From: an uncultured Gemmatimonadales bacterium
Lineage (GTDB): Bacteria > Gemmatimonadota > Gemmatimonadetes > Gemmatimonadales > Gemmatimonadaceae
Direction of reading: 5' to 3'
Length of the DNA: 64,000 nucleotides
Assembly: GCA_963851265.1 (NCBI GenBank)
Contig: CAWKNZ010000002.1
Location: 352,001-416,000, forward strand
The translations under genes were made by a program, and so were the position numbers. Below, piece after piece: positions 30,342-39,400 of this stretch (within the stretch, counting starts at the first letter, position 1; each line of letters opens with the position of its first letter). Under the pieces are notes generated by a model. It made no database searches. It was given only the letters and a program-made list of their open reading frames with translations, and was not told where the DNA came from.

Positions 30342-31438
30342 CAGCGTGCCGCGGCCGCGGCCTCGTCGACCGCCCACCCGGGCGGCGCATCCACGCGCAC
30401 GAGTTCCTCGCGCCCACACGCCTCCACGAGCCGCATCGTGTGCAGGTCGCGCGCGGGCGGGAAGGGGAACGGCTCGCCGGCGAGCAGGCACCCCGCGAAC
30501 GTCTCGACCTGCGCGACGAAGGGCGACCGGTCCTCCTCGGCGAAGCTCGCGTCGCGCTCCACGCCGTCGAGACCGGTCAGCGTCAACCGGCCGCCGGGCG
30601 TTTGCCCCATCGTGTTGGTCGCGAGCGCGCGCCCGCGGTCGCCGATCACCTCCAGCTCGCGCCGGGGGAAGACGTCGGGGCGGTTGTAGGCGACCGTGAG
30701 GGAGACGAGCACGCCGCCGTCGGTGCGCGCCGTGATCACGGCGCCGTCGTCGACGGGGTAGTCGAAGACGCGTCGCTGGAGCAGGCAGGCCACCGTCGTG
30801 ACCGGTTCGGCGACGAGCATCTGCACGAGGTCGAGGCCGTGCGGCGCGAGGTCGATCATCGCCCCGCCACCCGCGCGCGCGGGGTCGACGCGCCAGTTGT
30901 CGTGCGCGTACTCGGCGGGCCGCCAATCGGGCGGCGTCCAGCAGGCGTAGTGGATGCGGACGCAGGTGACTGTGCCCAACGCACCGGCCGCGACGAGCGC
31001 GCGCAGACGGCGGTGCGCCGCGTGGAAGCGCTGGTCGAACGCGGTGGCGTACGCGACGCCCGCGGCGGCGCACGCGGCGACCATCGTCTCGGCCTCGCCG
31101 GCCGTCGGCGCCATGGGCTTCTCGCAGAGCACGGGCTTGCCGGCCGCGGCCGCCGCGCGGACGACCGCGCCGTGGCTGCTGTTGGGTGTCGCCACGTAGA
31201 CGGCGTCGACGGCGGGGTCGTCGAGCAGCGTGTCGAGGTGGAGGTGGCAGGTCGCGCCGGGCGCGAGTGCGCCGACGCGGCCGAGCGCGGCCGGGTCGCG
31301 GTCGCACAGCGCGACGATCTCGCCGTTGGTCGAGCCGCGGATCGCGGGCGCGACGTAGTCGCGCGCCACCCAGCCGCAGCCGACGACGCCCCACCCGATC
31401 GCAGGCGACGTTCCGCCCGCGTGCATTGGTACGCTCAC
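30341..31438 (-). CDS. Gfo/Idh/MocA family oxidoreductase (inositol dehydrogenase-like)
   Basis: WGVVGCGWVA, YVATPNSSH, VLCEKP, GGGAMIDLAPHGLD. GTG 31438 overlaps the upstream stop; ATG 31426 is an alternative. Confidence 0.92.
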   Translation of the reverse strand: MSVPMHAGGTSPAIGWGVVGCGWVARDYVAPAIRGSTNGEIVALCDRDPAALGRVGALAPGATCHLHLDTLLDDPAVDAVYVATPNSSHGAVVRAAAAAGKPVLCEKPMAPTAGEAETMVAACAAAGVAYATAFDQRFHAAHRRLRALVAAGALGTVTCVRIHYACWTPPDWRPAEYAHDNWRVDPARAGGGAMIDLAPHGLDLVQMLVAEPVTTVACLLQRRVFDYPVDDGAVITARTDGGVLVSLTVAYNRPDVFPRRELEVIGDRGRALATNTMGQTPGGRLTLTGLDGVERDASFAEEDRSPFVAQVETFAGCLLAGEPFPFPPARDLHTMRLVEACGREELVRVDAPPGWAVDEAAAAAR

Positions 31439-32472
31439 GCGTGGAGCCCGGCGGCCCGCAGCGCGGCGCGCTCGACCTCCTGGTTGGGCCCGGGGTGCAG
31501 GATGTCGAACGCGCCTCCGCGCTCGCCGAGAGCGGCGTCGAGGGTGAACGCCGCGGCGCGGGCGAACCACTCCATCTCGAAGACGCGGTCGAGTGCGTCG
31601 GCGGCGTGGAAGGCGCGTGCCTCGGGCGACCGCGTGTCGGGCGGGACGTCGAGGGCGTCCTCGACGGCGTCGCGCAGCTCGGGGGGCACGTGGGTGAGGG
31701 CGCGCTCGCGTAGCTCGGCCGAGAGCCCGGCGAGCGCGCCGCCCAGCGCGACGTCGGCCGCGTCGCCGGCGTCGGGAAGCCACGCGTTGGCGAGGTGGTG
31801 CGCGAGGCCGGCGAGGAACACGCGCGCGGGGTCGGCGTCGTACGCGGGCGCGACGAGCGCGCCGGTGACCGCCACGGCCCAGCAGTGCTCGGCATGGCTC
31901 TCCATGGGCACGAGCATCAGGCGCGGCGTGTCGGGGCGCGTGGGGCCCGCGCGCGGCTGCTCGGCGAGGAGCGCGACGAATGCGGGCACGGCGGCGTGCC
32001 CGACGCGGCTCGCGTAGCGCAGCAGCCCGGGGGCGATGTGCGCTTCGTCGGGGTGGCCGCCGTCGAGCGCCACCGTGCTCAGCAGCGCCTCGTACGGCGA
32101 CGGCCAGCCGGCCGCGTCGGCGGTGCCGCCGGCCGCGCGCTGCAGCGTGGCCGTCGCGGCGTCCCACCCGCGGCGGAGGACGTCCGCCGCCCGGTCGGCC
32201 GCCACGCGCTCGGCGCGCAGAAACTCCGTGTCGATGGCGCCGAGGCGGGTGGCGATGACGGCGCTCCCGAGTTCGGCCTGCACGACCTCGTCCGGCGTCT
32301 CGCCGGCGGCGAGGGCGCCCCAGGCACGCGCGAAGGCGCGCGCGGCCCACGAGCCCGCGCGCCCGGCCGCGTGCACGCGCTTGAGCGTGTTGCACTCGCG
32401 CGCGAGCGGGACGAGCGCGGTCAGGTGCGGGCCGACCGCGGCCTCGTGGGGCGGATCGTGGGTGGAGTGCAC
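31435..32472 (-). CDS. HD-domain-like protein (YfbR-like, variant motif)
   Basis: PRAG...ESHAEH...LAHHL...PD...ADALD matches the YfbR-type HD layout with HH in place of HD. Degenerate N-terminal half. Confidence 0.6.
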   Translation of the reverse strand: MHSTHDPPHEAAVGPHLTALVPLARECNTLKRVHAAGRAGSWAARAFARAWGALAAGETPDEVVQAELGSAVIATRLGAIDTEFLRAERVAADRAADVLRRGWDAATATLQRAAGGTADAAGWPSPYEALLSTVALDGGHPDEAHIAPGLLRYASRVGHAAVPAFVALLAEQPRAGPTRPDTPRLMLVPMESHAEHCWAVAVTGALVAPAYDADPARVFLAGLAHHLANAWLPDAGDAADVALGGALAGLSAELRERALTHVPPELRDAVEDALDVPPDTRSPEARAFHAADALDRVFEMEWFARAAAFTLDAALGERGGAFDILHPGPNQEVERAALRAAGLHA

Positions 32473-32478
32473 GCCGGC

Positions 32479-33936
32479 TCAGCGCGCCGAGGCCGCCGGC
32501 GCCGTCGCGACGGGCCCGCGATCGTCGAGGGGGATCATGCCGTGCCCGTTCGCCTGCCCGTTCGCGTGCCCGTCGCCTCTCTCATGCGCGTGCGCAGTCG
32601 CGGGGGCGTCCGCGCGCGCGTCGCCCTGCGCGGGCTCGCCGGCGAGCCACGCGACGAGGCGGCGCTGCTGCTCGGGGAAGGCGTGCTCCGGCGTCGCGCC
32701 TAACACCTTCGTCCCGGGCTGCTTGAAGAAGACGCCGAGCTGCTCCTGAACGCCGCCCTGGCCGCGGCGCCGCGCAAGGTCGAGCGTGCGCGCGATCTCG
32801 ATGACGAGTGGGGCGGCGAGGATCGAGTCCTTGCAGAGGAAGTTCAGCTTGAGCTGCATCTTCTGCCCGAGGAAGCCCTCGACGTCGATGGTGTCCCAGG
32901 CCTCCTTGTTGTCGCCGCGCGGGCGGTAGTACTCGATGGTGACGACGTGGTCCTCGACGGGGTAGCCGAGGATGCCGTCGAGCACCGAGCCTTTGGTGCC
33001 GAGCTTGGACGAGAGCGAGTCCTTGTCGCGGAGGGCGAGCCCGTCGCGGTTGCCGAGGATGTTGTGCGAGTACCAGCCCTCGACGTGCAGCGCGCGGTCG
33101 CGCAGCGCGGGGGCGATCACGGTCTTCACGAACGTCTGACCGGTCTTGCCGTCCTTGCCGATGACGGGCACGCCGCGCTGCTCGGCCAGCTCCACGAGCG
33201 CGGGGACGTCGACGGCCACGCTCGGCGTGAAGTTGCCGTAGGGCACGCCCTCGCGGATGGCGGCGTACGCGTAGAGCACCGCGGGGTTGAGTGCGTCATC
33301 GTCGCGGTCGAGCGCGGCCTCGAAGCCGGCGGCCGTGGCGAAGGCGGGCGCGGTGACGTCGGGGCGGGCCTCGGTGGAGGCGAGGTTGATCATCACGACA
33401 TCGTCGAGCTGCTGCTCGGCGCGGAAGCGGCACAGGTCGGCGCGGATCGCGTCGACCGCCGCGCGGGCGGTGCCGGCGTCGACGCGGTGGCCGAAGCGGT
33501 CGCCGTCGATGTTGCGGCAGTACTTGGTGGAGCCGACGGCGGGCCACGGGCGGAGCGCGGCCAGGGCGTCGCGCGCGGCGTCGAGTTGGTCGCGGTCGAG
33601 GACGCGGTGCGTGGCCGCGGCGGTGGCGAGGTCGGACCCGTCGAGGTCCCAGCCGCCGAACGCGAGGTCTGCGTACGGCGCGAGCTGCGCCGTGAGGGCG
33701 TCGGGGAGGGCGGCCAGGGGCAGTCCGGTGGTGCCCGCGGCGCCGGCCCCGAGTAGCGCGATGCCGGCCACGGCGGTGGTCGCGACCGCGCCGCCGAGCC
33801 CTACGATCGCGATGCCGAGGCGCCCGGGCCGGCGTGCGCCCACCGGCGCGCCGTGATTGCTGCTGTCAGTTGCCGTACCACGCGCCGTGCTACGGTGTGC
33901 CGTACTACGGTCCTGCGGGTGCGTTCCGTTCTGCAT
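32479..33936 (-). CDS. ino1: Inositol-3-phosphate synthase (MIPS/Ino1)
   Basis: GLGGAVATT, GGWD, INLASTE, NFTPS, GKDGKTGQT, NILGNRDG, DNKEAWD, CKDSILAAP, FFKQP. Strong SD GGAGGAGGAGG before ATG 33936. Confidence 0.93.
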   Translation of the reverse strand: MQNGTHPQDRSTAHRSTARGTATDSSNHGAPVGARRPGRLGIAIVGLGGAVATTAVAGIALLGAGAAGTTGLPLAALPDALTAQLAPYADLAFGGWDLDGSDLATAAATHRVLDRDQLDAARDALAALRPWPAVGSTKYCRNIDGDRFGHRVDAGTARAAVDAIRADLCRFRAEQQLDDVVMINLASTEARPDVTAPAFATAAGFEAALDRDDDALNPAVLYAYAAIREGVPYGNFTPSVAVDVPALVELAEQRGVPVIGKDGKTGQTFVKTVIAPALRDRALHVEGWYSHNILGNRDGLALRDKDSLSSKLGTKGSVLDGILGYPVEDHVVTIEYYRPRGDNKEAWDTIDVEGFLGQKMQLKLNFLCKDSILAAPLVIEIARTLDLARRRGQGGVQEQLGVFFKQPGTKVLGATPEHAFPEQQRRLVAWLAGEPAQGDARADAPATAHAHERGDGHANGQANGHGMIPLDDRGPVATAPAASAR

Positions 33937-34058
33937 GTCCTCCTCCTCCTCCGCGTCCCCACCCGGCCGCGCGCGCCGCCCGTTCGACGGCGCGGGGCGG
34001 GTCGAATGGACGGTACGCGGGCAGCGGTCGGCCACTCCGATCGCCGTGGCGGGGGGGT

Positions 34059-34074
34059 AGCAAGGCACGTTCCG
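34059..34074 (-). promoter_or_regulatory. Putative sigma54 (-24/-12) promoter of the ino1-YcaO operon
   Basis: Minus strand CGGAACGTGCCTTGCT: GG-N10-GC with ACG and TTGCT, about 120 nt upstream of ino1. Confidence 0.45.
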
Positions 34075-34187
34075 CCATCGCCCCGCGCCGTGTAGCGTAC
34101 GGCGTTCTTCCCGTGGTTTTTATTGCGTGCCGCCCCGCGGGAACCGTTGGCGGCGTCGACGACATTCTCCCTTCTGCCCGCGTTCTC

Positions 34188-35549
34188 GTGACCGATCTCA
34201 CGGCGTATTTCGACGCGCACGCCGAGCGTGCGCGCGCCGAGCTGTTCGATTTCCTGCGCATCCCGAGCGTGAGCGCGCGCTCCGAGCACGATGCCGACAC
34301 TCGGCGCGCGGCCGAGTGGGTGCGCGCGTCGCTCGAGTCCGCCGGGCTGCAGGCTTCGGTGCACGAGACGGCGGGCCACCCGATCGTGCTCGGCGAGTGG
34401 CGCGGCGCGGCGGGCGCGCCGACGCTGCTCGTCTACGGCCACTACGACGTGCAGCCGGCCGAGCCGCTCGAGCTGTGGGACTCGCCCGCGTTCGAACCCG
34501 CGGTGCGCGACGGGCGCATCTATGCGCGCGGATCGGTGGACGACAAGGGGCAGCTGTTTCTCCACGTGAAGGCGCTCGAGGCGCATCTGGCCGCGACCGG
34601 CGCGCTGCCGGTGAACGTGATCGTGCTGGCCGAGGGCGAGGAGGAGGTGGGGAGCGAGCACCTCGCCGAGTTCATCCGCGCGCACGCCGATCGGCTCGCG
34701 TGCGACGCGGTGGTGATCTCCGACTCGACGATGTTCGCGCCGGGCATTCCCAGCATCCTCAGCTCGTTGCGCGGGCTGGCGTACTTCCAACTCGACGTCC
34801 AGGGGCCGAGCGGCGACCTGCATTCGGGGATGTACGGCGGGGCCGTGGTGAACCCGGCGATGGCGCTCGCGCGCATCCTCGCCACGTTCCACGACGCCGA
34901 CGGGCGGATCGCGATCCCGGGCTTCTACGATGCGGTGCGCGCCTGGCCGGCGTCGGTGCGCGAGCAGATGCGCGGGCTGCCGTTCGACGAAGGCGAGTTC
35001 CGCGCCGGCGTGGGCGCTCCGGCGTTAGGCGGCGAGCCGGGCTACTCGGTGCTCGAGCGGCTCTGGACGCGGCCGACGTGCGAGGTGAACGGGCTGCTGT
35101 CGGGGTACACGGGCGAGGGCGCCAAGACGGTGCTGCCGGCCACGGCGATGGCGAAGGTCAGCTGCCGCCTGGTGCCCGACCAGGACCCGGAGGAGATCGC
35201 GCGGTTGGTGCAGGCGCACGTGGAGCGGGTCGCGCCGGCGGGGGTGACGGTCGCCGTGCGGCACCTGCACGGCGGTCGGCCGTGGCGGGCGGATCTGGAG
35301 GGGCCCCTGTTCGACGCGGCGAAGCGTGCGCTCGCGGCGGAGTTCGGGCGCGAGCCGGTGGTGACCGGCGAGGGCGGGTCGATCCCGGTGGTCGGCGACT
35401 TCGCGGAGATCCTCGGCGCGCCGGTGTTACTCGTGGGGTTCGGGCTGCCGGGCGAGAACGCGCACGCGCCTAACGAGTGGATCTCGGTGGAGAACTTCGA
35501 GAAGGGGATGCGGGCGATGGCGCGGCTGTATACCGAATACGGGCGGTGA
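34188..35549 (+). CDS. M20 family dipeptidase
   Basis: YGHYDVQP, ARGSVDDKGQ, EGEEEVGS, DLHSG, GGSIP, AHAPNE. Confidence 0.92.
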   Translation: MTDLTAYFDAHAERARAELFDFLRIPSVSARSEHDADTRRAAEWVRASLESAGLQASVHETAGHPIVLGEWRGAAGAPTLLVYGHYDVQPAEPLELWDSPAFEPAVRDGRIYARGSVDDKGQLFLHVKALEAHLAATGALPVNVIVLAEGEEEVGSEHLAEFIRAHADRLACDAVVISDSTMFAPGIPSILSSLRGLAYFQLDVQGPSGDLHSGMYGGAVVNPAMALARILATFHDADGRIAIPGFYDAVRAWPASVREQMRGLPFDEGEFRAGVGAPALGGEPGYSVLERLWTRPTCEVNGLLSGYTGEGAKTVLPATAMAKVSCRLVPDQDPEEIARLVQAHVERVAPAGVTVAVRHLHGGRPWRADLEGPLFDAAKRALAAEFGREPVVTGEGGSIPVVGDFAEILGAPVLLVGFGLPGENAHAPNEWISVENFEKGMRAMARLYTEYGR

Positions 35550-35634
35550 CGCTTCCCGAAAACGGCACGGGGTCGCGCGCGCGGCCCCGTGCCCGTCGGT
35601 CAGCTCCGCCGGTCGATCCGGCGCGCCGGTCGAT

Positions 35635-36321
35635 TCAACGCGCCGCCTTGCGGCTGAACGTCCCGAACACCAGATCCCACAACGGCGAACTCACGCCGTA
35701 GTCCTCGTCGGCGTCGACGTAGTGGTGCCGCGCGTGACGCTTCTTGAGGTAGCGCCCCCAGCGCGTCGGCAGCCCCTGGTGGTGCACGGCGTAGTGGATC
35801 GTGTCGTAGAACAGGTAGCCCGTCACGAACCCCGCGAACGCCCCGAGCTCGGCCGCGCCGAAGATGAGGCGGAACAGCGCGAAGAAGAGGATCGCGAGCG
35901 GGATGCTCGCGCCCGGCGGCATCACGAGACGCGTCGGCTCGCTCGGCGCGACGTGATGCACGCCGTGACCGACGAAGTAGGCGAGGTGCTTCCACGACGG
36001 CATGCGCGGGATCGCCGCGTCGCCGGGGGCGAGCGACTCGACCACCGCGTGCGTCTCGTTCATGATGTCGTCCGGCCAGTGAAAGACGAACCGGTGCATC
36101 AGGTACTCGGTCAGCGTCCAGAGCAGCAGGCCGATGACGAAGAGCAGCGCCGTCCGCGCAGGGGCGGTCGGGGCGAGCCAGAGACACCCCGCGACGACCG
36201 GCACATAGAGCAGGTGCGGCACCCACGGCTGCACGTGGGTGAGGCGCTCCATGAAATCGCTTCGGAACATCCGGACCGTGGCAACCCCGGTCGTGGTCCC
36301 GGCAGAACGGGCGTCGCGCAT
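35635..36321 (-). CDS. Fatty acid hydroxylase / sterol desaturase family protein (FA2H/Scs7-like)
   Basis: His boxes EYLMHRFVFH, HGVHH, HYAVHH, HARHH. RLVMPP and YGVSSPLWD motifs. Confidence 0.88.
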   Translation of the reverse strand: MRDARSAGTTTGVATVRMFRSDFMERLTHVQPWVPHLLYVPVVAGCLWLAPTAPARTALLFVIGLLLWTLTEYLMHRFVFHWPDDIMNETHAVVESLAPGDAAIPRMPSWKHLAYFVGHGVHHVAPSEPTRLVMPPGASIPLAILFFALFRLIFGAAELGAFAGFVTGYLFYDTIHYAVHHQGLPTRWGRYLKKRHARHHYVDADEDYGVSSPLWDLVFGTFSRKAAR

Positions 36322-36465
36322 GGCAACTCTCCGACGATGGGGGAGGCCGCGCGTCGTGCAACGGCCCCTGGTGGCTGCCCGCAAGTTACGGACGACCAGC
36401 CCGGGGCCGCCACTGCACCCGTCCTCTGGACCCGATCTCTGGACCCGTCGTCGGGCCCGCCCGCG

Positions 36466-39400
36466 TCAGAACCGCCAGACGCGGACGAGGTAGATACCGA
36501 GCGCGCTGTTGGGGTCGATGGTCTGCGGCGCGAGCGTGGGCTGCATGAGGAAGTACCGCGGCGCCGACACGGCCTCGAGTGAGACGTTGGGCGACCTGGG
36601 GAAACGGTACTGTACGCGGAAGCCGGGCACCGGCGGCTTGGCGGCCCAGAACTCGGGCACCGTCTGCAATCCGACGTACAGGTTGCGGCTGAGGTACTTG
36701 CCGAACTCGATCTGCGTGCCGGTGAGGAACGTCTGCAGCCCCGACTGACTCGACCCGTTGGACTGTTCGGGGGCGAGCTCGCCGCCCGGGGTGATGTTGA
36801 TGACGTCGGCGCCGAGCGACCGGCCGAGCTCGGCCTGGGCCTGCTTCACGCCGATACCGACGGCCGCGCCGACCAGGCGCTGCTGGATGACGGCCGCAGC
36901 CGCGCCCACGGGCGACGCGCCGGTCGAACTCGTCGTGAGGCTCGACCCCCCGATCACCGGGAGTGAACCCGTAGGGTTGCCGAACGCGAGATAGCTCAGC
37001 AGGTCGGTCTGCGGGATCGGCGGCTGCGCGTCGCTCTCGAGCGCGATCTTGGGCGCGAGCAGCGTGCCGCCGATGATGATGCGGATCGCGAGCGGCGAGC
37101 GGCCGACCTGCGCGACCTCGTACTCGGCCGTGATCTGGACGTTGGGGTCGAGCTCCTGCGTGCCGACGAACGTGGCCGCGCCGCGGCGGATCTGGAAGCG
37201 TTTGGAGGAGAATTCGTACTCGCCGCGCTCGACGTCCACGACGCCGTCGACGACGAGCGCCTGGCGCGCGTTGTCGGCGCGCACGCGCAGGGCCCCGTCG
37301 CTGAAGATCTCGACGTTGGCCGTGGTGCCCTGGCGCACCCACGTATCGCGGTCGATGGCGACCGAGACGTCGGCCTGCAGGCTGTCGAGCACCGTCGGCG
37401 CGGTCGACACGAGTACCCCGGCCGCGCCGGGCGGGGCGACGCGCGTCGCCCCGCGGCGCGTCGTGTCGATCACGGCGAACACCGCCGGGTCGTTGGCCGA
37501 GAGCGTCTGCGTGGTGGTGGTGGCCGGGACGTAGATGGTGCCGCCGAGTACGCGCGCGCTGCCGGTGACGAGGAGGTGACTGAGCCGGCCCGCGATCGCG
37601 AGTCGGCCGTCCGCGTCGATGCGGCCCTGCTGATCGTCGAGCAGGCGGGCGCGGTTGGCGACGAACGTGAGGTCGAGTGTCGGGTCGGCGGGGGTGGTGA
37701 TCCCGACGCCGCCGGCGAGGCGCAGGGTGCCGCCGCCCGCCCGCGCCGCGACGGAGTCGACGACGAGCGTGTCGCCGCGCAGGTGGACCGCACCGGCGAG
37801 ATTCTGCAGCAGGGCGCCGGTCGAGACGAGGCGGAGCTGCGCGCCGCGCACGGTGACGTCGCCGGTGACGTCGGGCTTCTTCACCGTGCCGCGGATGGCG
37901 ACCGTCCCGTTGGCGGCGCCGCGGACTTCGGTGACCGACTCGGTGAAGCGCTCCGCGAGATCGAGTGGGAGCGAGTCGAGGCGGACGTCGGCCGTGACCG
38001 GGGCCGTGTCGGCGAGACGCGGCGTGGTGACCGCGCCGCCGCCCGGCGCCTGCAGTGCGAGGTTGATGGGCACCGTGGCCGTCGCGTCGAGGATCGGGCG
38101 CCGCCCGGTCGCGACCTGCGTGGTGTCGACGCGCACGCGGCGCGGGCCCAGGATCCCGAGGAACTTGCGCCGCCCGTACGTCGTGTCGACGACGAGGCCG
38201 TACGCGACGTTGGCGACCGCGTGTGCGCCGAGGCGCTGGTCGGCGTAGTCCGCCGAGGCGCTGAGGTCGGGGACGCTCGTGCCGCGGTAGGTGGCCCTGG
38301 TGAGGGCCGCCTCGGCCTTGAGGAGCGGGGCGGTTTGCGTACCCGTGAGGTGCGCGTCGAGCGAGACGAGGCCGCGGAACGGCACGTCGCTCTCGACGAT
38401 GCCCAGCGCATCGGCGACCTCGAAGTTGGTCACGCCGACGCGGAGGTCGACCGGGCCGGTGCTCGGCAGCCTGCCGTCGACGGCGATGCGACCGCCGAGG
38501 CCGTTGGCCAGATCCAGACCGAGGATCTCGAGCCCGCGCGGGCCGTAGCGCACCGCGCCTGGCTGCGTGGCCGCGTAGACGACCGTGTCGAAACGCAGGC
38601 GCAGGTCGGCGAAGCGCAGCTCCTTGCGGTCGCCGAGGATCGCGTAGTCGGCGCGCGCGTTGTACGAACGGCCGGTCTCCTGGAAGATCGCCACCTGCGC
38701 GGTCCCGCCCTGGCCGCGGTAGGTGCCGCGCACGTCGGCGCTGTCGAGCGCGAAGCCGCTCGCGAGGATCGAGTCGGCGGAGAGGCCGAAGGCGAGCGCG
38801 CCGTCGGCGGTGCTGGGGCCGCCGAGCCAGGTGTAGGCGACCCGCGCGCGGCGCACCGAGCTGCCGAGCGCGGTGAGGCCTTCGGCGCCGGCGCGCCCGC
38901 GGAGGTCGAAGCGTTTGATGTTGCCGGCGACGGTGCCCGCCGCGTAGACGGCGCCCGCGAGCGAGTCGCGGCGCACCGTCTTGAGGGTGTCGGGCGCGCG
39001 CAGGCGGACGACTTCCGAATCGCCGGCCGCGACGGCGACGGCGGTGCGGCGGAAGTGGGCCGCGCTGTCGGCGCGGGCCTGCGCGGTCAGGCGGGCGTTG
39101 AGCCCGGGCCGCGGCGCGACGGCCCCGGTGTCGCGCGGCAGGTAGCGGGCGAACGCGCCCAACGAATCGACGTTGGCGCGGTAGGAGAGCGTGCCGGTGC
39201 GGCCGGCCACGAGTCCGAAGCTCCCGGCCGCGTCGAGGGCGGCGCGCGGGGCGCGCACGGCGAGCGTGTTGACCGTGAGCACCCCCGCGCCGACGCCGAG
39301 TCGCGCGCGGAGCGAATCGACCGCGGCCGTATCGACCCGGAGGTCGTGCAGGTCGGCGGCGAGGGTGGCCTGCGCGGTGGCCGGGTCGGTGCCGCGCCCG

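Noticed and set aside
25742..32395. Very long ORF calls (1105, 856, 825, 684 aa) suggesting fusion proteins in the operon
   Set aside because: The N-terminal parts are Arg/Pro/Gly-rich shadow translations overlapping real upstream genes. True starts are at the stop/start overlaps.
24820..34188. RiPP precursor peptide for the YcaO
   Set aside because: Intergenic gaps in the operon are too small. Short ORFs in the flanks lack SD sequences, coding bias or a convincing leader/core structure. A distant precursor cannot be excluded.
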